From positions 192,001-256,000 of the forward strand of contig JBEGVH010000030.1 in the NCBI GenBank assembly GCA_041178425.1: 64,000 nucleotides of DNA, given 5' to 3'. The notes below the pieces were generated by a model that saw only the letters and a program-made list of their open reading frames with translations, was not told the origin of the DNA and did no database searches. Made by a program: the position numbers and the translations under genes. Origin of the DNA: Pseudomonadota bacterium (GTDB lineage Bacteria; Bdellovibrionota; Bdellovibrionia; Bdellovibrionales; Bdellovibrionaceae). This document shows, one piece after another, positions 60,599-64,000 of this stretch. The number at the start of each line of letters is the position of its first letter. Position 1 is the first letter of the stretch.

Positions 60599-60656
60599 GG
60601 AGGACCCCCCGCTAATAAATTAGTATTTAGAGGAAAGAGGCTTAATAAGCCAGCGA

Positions 60657-61880
60657 TTAAAATGATCTTTCACCGAGAAAGATTTTTTTACCAGACTTAA
60701 CGGTTAGAGTGGTCTCCGGGCGATCCGCATGAAGGCGGATCTTGTAGTCACCCGCGGGAATATTGGCTCGGTAAATAATAAAATTTTTGGGAAGAGTCGA
60801 CCACTGCCGAAGATCTGCTCGATCCGCAGCATACATAGCAATGAGGGCAAGATCGCCAAGAAGTTGGTTTTCTCTGCGAATTCTCTCGGCCACAAGTTCC
60901 TTAGCAATCACGCCACCTAGGCGTCTGGCCACTAGTGCCGCATATTGATCTTCTAAACTTTGAACGGCCACCTGATCAACGTTGAACAAAACTTCGTTTC
61001 CACTAAATAGAATGGGAGCAGATTCGATTTTGTTTTTGAGTTGGAACAACTCCGGAGCATCATTGGTTCGCACTGACCAGATCGGATACATGGCTGGATA
61101 TCGCATATTGTCTCTGCGAAATCCTTTTCGAGGCCCCCATCCCTGCTGATAAATCACAATGACTTCGCCCCTAGTTCTATCGGTCCATTCGGGCTTCTCA
61201 ACAACGTCAGGAAACATTAACTTCCACTTTTTTACCGCATCGAAGCGGCGCGCTCGCAAATTTGAACGGATAATATCCTCTCTCAACGGAGGATAATCGG
61301 GGTTAACGGCGTAAACTTGTTCGTAGGCGATAGCAGCATCATCCCAGTTTTGGTTGGCCTCGTAAATAATTGCAGATAAGTAGAGCGCCAGGGGATTATC
61401 AGTAAAATTTCTCTTTGCTTCTAGGCGAAATCGCCTTAACTTTTCATTCAGCCGTCGAACCTCAACCATGGCATTTTCGAGATCACCCAAATTGAGATAA
61501 TTAATCGCTGCCATCGCATTGATGAGAACGACTTCGTAATCCTCACCTTTATACTGAACCATCTCCTCGCTGGTCAGAAGAGACCCAGTTTCTAGACTCA
61601 AAGAGGTGTAGTCTTGAATATCGGCGAATTTATCGGCGATAAGAAAGTATTTATTACTTTCTTTGTAATCACCTGAAACCTGAAGGGCCGTGGCATAATC
61701 AAGAAGATAAATGAGCTGATCTTTGCTCGGCTCATCAGCCAGCTTTTTCAGCTGACTGAGAGCTTCACTAAAGCGACCATCCTCCAACAAAGAACGAGCA
61801 TGATCGACCTTGCCCTGGTAGGTGGCACAGGCAACTAAGAAGAGAAAAAAGAAGCAAAGTATAAGCCGAAAAAACTGCAT
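60657..61880 (-). CDS. COG3014-like TPR lipoprotein
   Basis: Lipobox LVAC; YKGEDYE, AMVEVRR, ADLRQWSTLP; downstream of lpoB. Confidence 0.75.
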   Translation of the reverse strand: MQFFRLILCFFFLFLVACATYQGKVDHARSLLEDGRFSEALSQLKKLADEPSKDQLIYLLDYATALQVSGDYKESNKYFLIADKFADIQDYTSLSLETGSLLTSEEMVQYKGEDYEVVLINAMAAINYLNLGDLENAMVEVRRLNEKLRRFRLEAKRNFTDNPLALYLSAIIYEANQNWDDAAIAYEQVYAVNPDYPPLREDIIRSNLRARRFDAVKKWKLMFPDVVEKPEWTDRTRGEVIVIYQQGWGPRKGFRRDNMRYPAMYPIWSVRTNDAPELFQLKNKIESAPILFSGNEVLFNVDQVAVQSLEDQYAALVARRLGGVIAKELVAERIRRENQLLGDLALIAMYAADRADLRQWSTLPKNFIIYRANIPAGDYKIRLHADRPETTLTVKSGKKIFLGERSF

Positions 61881-61897
61881 TCAACCGTTCATCAAAA

Positions 61898-62512
61898 CTA
61901 AAGGCCCAGAGTCTTCTTTTTGTAAAGCTTACGAATCTGCTTTTGATCGGTCCACTCTATCACTCCGGATTTGATGCTCGTCAAATTGAGAGTAATTTTA
62001 TAATAAACGGATTTTTCTTTTCCTGCCTCTTGAACAATACTATCGAGCCTTCCATTCACAATAAAATCAGCTCCTGTTTGTGCTCCAGGACCTTTTTTTG
62101 TAGTTTCGGAAACACGACCGCTGTTTTGATAGTTATACTCTTGATCAATATCTTCTCTAGCCTCTTTATCCACAAAGGCCATCTTTCCTGTTTTCATTAG
62201 CTCGACGCGAACCATGTCCATTATAGACTGTGTGTCGATATGCTCAGACGTTTTATTTTGCAATTGGGTCACCATAACCACCGGACGGGTTCTCGCGCCC
62301 GTCACAACGGGATGAGTCACTAAGCTTGCGACCATCGACTTTACGGTTTCTTGCATATCACTTTCAGACCACTCATCAGTCATAAGATTTGTTCGCTCCA
62401 CGTTATCATCGTACTTTCCTTTAACAAACGCACTTGGGCCACATCCGATGACAAAACCAATCAATGCGATAACCGAGCTAAATATAATTTGCTTATAAAC
62501 TGAGTGTTGCAT
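61898..62512 (-). CDS. lpoB: Penicillin-binding protein activator LpoB-like lipoprotein
   Basis: Lipobox VIGC; NKTSEHIDT, GADFIVNG, GVIEW. Confidence 0.75.
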   Translation of the reverse strand: MQHSVYKQIIFSSVIALIGFVIGCGPSAFVKGKYDDNVERTNLMTDEWSESDMQETVKSMVASLVTHPVVTGARTRPVVMVTQLQNKTSEHIDTQSIMDMVRVELMKTGKMAFVDKEAREDIDQEYNYQNSGRVSETTKKGPGAQTGADFIVNGRLDSIVQEAGKEKSVYYKITLNLTSIKSGVIEWTDQKQIRKLYKKKTLGL

Positions 62513-62674
62513 AAAAACCTCCGTCGTTATTTTCAAAAAAACACACTTGTTAAGTTTAAGGTTATTAATACCCAATCATCAACGCCGGATTTCGGATCAA
62601 GATCCGCATCACGTCAAAAGGAATTGATTTAAACGAAAATAAGGTTTGCCCAAAAATTGCAAACTACCTGGGAC

Positions 62675-63085
62675 ATGCAGATAATTTCAAGCCTTCAAGC
62701 CTATAGCCTTTTAAAAAAATACATGATTCAAGACGTCGAAGAGCTTTGGTGCCTCGCCCTGGGTCCCAGCCTAAAACTCTTATCGATCAAGATGATCTTT
62801 CGAGGGACGGTGGATTCATGCACTGTGCATCCTCGCGATATCTTTCGATTTGCCTGCTTGAAAAATGCCTCACAATTAATTATCGCACACAATCACCCGA
62901 GCGGAGATTGCTCGCCATCAATACAAGATCTTCAATTCACACAACGGATTGTGTTTGTGGGCCGAGAGATAGAAATTCCCATTATTGACCACCTTATTAT
63001 CACACGAAAGTCGTACCGGAGCTTGGCCGAGACCAAAGAGATTTGCTTTAACTCCGACCGTCTTAACGATTGGGCAAACTCTTAG
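62675..63085 (+). CDS. radC: RadC-like JAB domain protein
   Basis: GTVDSCTVHPRDIF, AHNHPSGD..PS..D, DHLII. Confidence 0.9.
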   Translation: MQIISSLQAYSLLKKYMIQDVEELWCLALGPSLKLLSIKMIFRGTVDSCTVHPRDIFRFACLKNASQLIIAHNHPSGDCSPSIQDLQFTQRIVFVGREIEIPIIDHLIITRKSYRSLAETKEICFNSDRLNDWANS

Positions 63086-63662
63086 GATCAAAAATAGAAG
63101 GGGCGTCCTTAATCTCAATCTTTCGAACACTGCGAACTTTAAAATTTTCATCAATTTGAACATCGTACCCCTGGCTTTTGGCTTTGGCGATAATCGCTCC
63201 GGCCAGTGCCTTTTTGTACTGAGCTTCTTCTTTCGCACGACGCAGGTCTTCTAGAATTTCGTGCTGTATTTGCTGACTTAAAGGCCGCTGCTGAACAGCC
63301 GTCAAGGCCATGGCATTTAAGTCTTGCCCCTCAAAAGAACTCATTTCGCCCGAATCAAAATCGAGGGGCAATTGATTAAAAATGAGGCCCGGCTCAACGC
63401 TCTCTTCCTCCGACTCTGCAATCGGAGGGGCGGTGATGGCATTAATGCGTTCGACATTTTCTCTATTCATTTCTTGGCTATCATAAACATCTCGAAGATG
63501 TTTATTTACTAACTCCATCGTATTGACCGGAGCACTCGACTGCACGACCGGCACAGGCTCAGTCGGTGGAGATTCAAAACTCACAAGTGCCACAATCAGT
63601 AAAAAGAGACCCGCTAAAAGAACGGCGATGGCCAAATCTTTTCCTCTAGGATCTTTATTCAT
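63063..63662 (-). CDS. Hypothetical membrane-anchored protein
   Basis: 199-aa ORF with an N-terminal TM helix; ATGA overlap with the upstream ORF. Confidence 0.6.
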   Translation of the reverse strand: MNKDPRGKDLAIAVLLAGLFLLIVALVSFESPPTEPVPVVQSSAPVNTMELVNKHLRDVYDSQEMNRENVERINAITAPPIAESEEESVEPGLIFNQLPLDFDSGEMSSFEGQDLNAMALTAVQQRPLSQQIQHEILEDLRRAKEEAQYKKALAGAIIAKAKSQGYDVQIDENFKVRSVRKIEIKDAPSIFDPKSLPNR

Positions 63663-64000
63663 TGAGACTCCTTTTGGAAACCCTGAAGAAAAGAACTGGG
63701 CACATCGAACGACTGCAATAGTTCAAACCGCCCATTGCCAGGGTTGAACTTTACAACCTCCAGAATAGGAGCGAATTCTAAATTGTAAGTCGGAACAACG
63801 AGCTCTAACAACTCATCCGCATCTAAATTTGCCACGGCAAGATTGGTCGCTTCGCCCATAAAGGTAACAAAGCCATCTATCGAGTTAGGAAGTTCTAGGC
63901 GTTGAATCAAATTCATTGAACTTGTTGAAGTCTCAATAATTTTATCGGCATCTGATTCATAGAATTCGAGAAACAGTGATTCACCTTCCTTAATTTTAAA
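63659..64000 (-). CDS. Hypothetical protein; 5' end lies beyond the window
   Basis: Frame is open from 64000 (FKIKEGESLFLEFYE...) into the tracked ORF; FG-GAP-like NLDADELLELVV. Confidence 0.6.
   Translation of the reverse strand, partial: FKIKEGESLFLEFYESDADKIIETSTSSMNLIQRLELPNSIDGFVTFMGEATNLAVANLDADELLELVVPTYNLEFAPILEVVKFNPGNGRFELLQSFDVPSSFLQGFQKESQ

Noticed and set aside
62675..63085. radC as a marker of a mobile element
   Set aside because: No neighbouring mobility or anti-restriction genes; it appears to be a stand-alone chromosomal copy.

Overview
Core-chromosome segment (GC low-to-mid 40s% by eye) that looks like a Bdellovibrionota predator. This is inferred from a Flp/Tad pilus cluster followed by a toxin-less RHS/YD gene and a small secreted hit (Bd0108)-like gene, two short flagellins, and many secreted proteins and lipoproteins. 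From left to right: 3'-truncated valS (runs off the window), rhodanese, MFS, a beta-barrel, a GcvH-like protein lacking the lipoyl lysine, a lipoprotein, rfaD, a TrmJ-like methyltransferase, a ferredoxin, a DnaQ-like nuclease, DUF2203, a double-anchored pilin-like protein, a TPR protein, potD/potABC, DUF3011 and rluA. Next come the hit/RHS/tad locus, a TraF/PorV-like barrel, coaE, a Ser/Thr kinase-fadD pair, LOG, an M3 peptidase, nadK, recN, secreted hydrolase-like genes, two flagellins and lpxH. The window ends with a truncated dcw cluster (ftsW-murG-murC-ftsQAZ), nadA, an orphan 809-aa DUF4123 fusion, an esterase, COG3014-lpoB and radC. No CRISPR array, rRNA, tRNA, transposase or integrase was recognised. 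The most notable observations are a divergent Bd0108-like protein, three unrelated GC-rich rod-shaped palindromic intergenic elements, the lysine-less acidic GcvH, the pilin with a C-terminal membrane anchor, and the T6SS-independent DUF4123 fusion carrying a poly-C tract. All family calls come from motif recognition; no searches were run.
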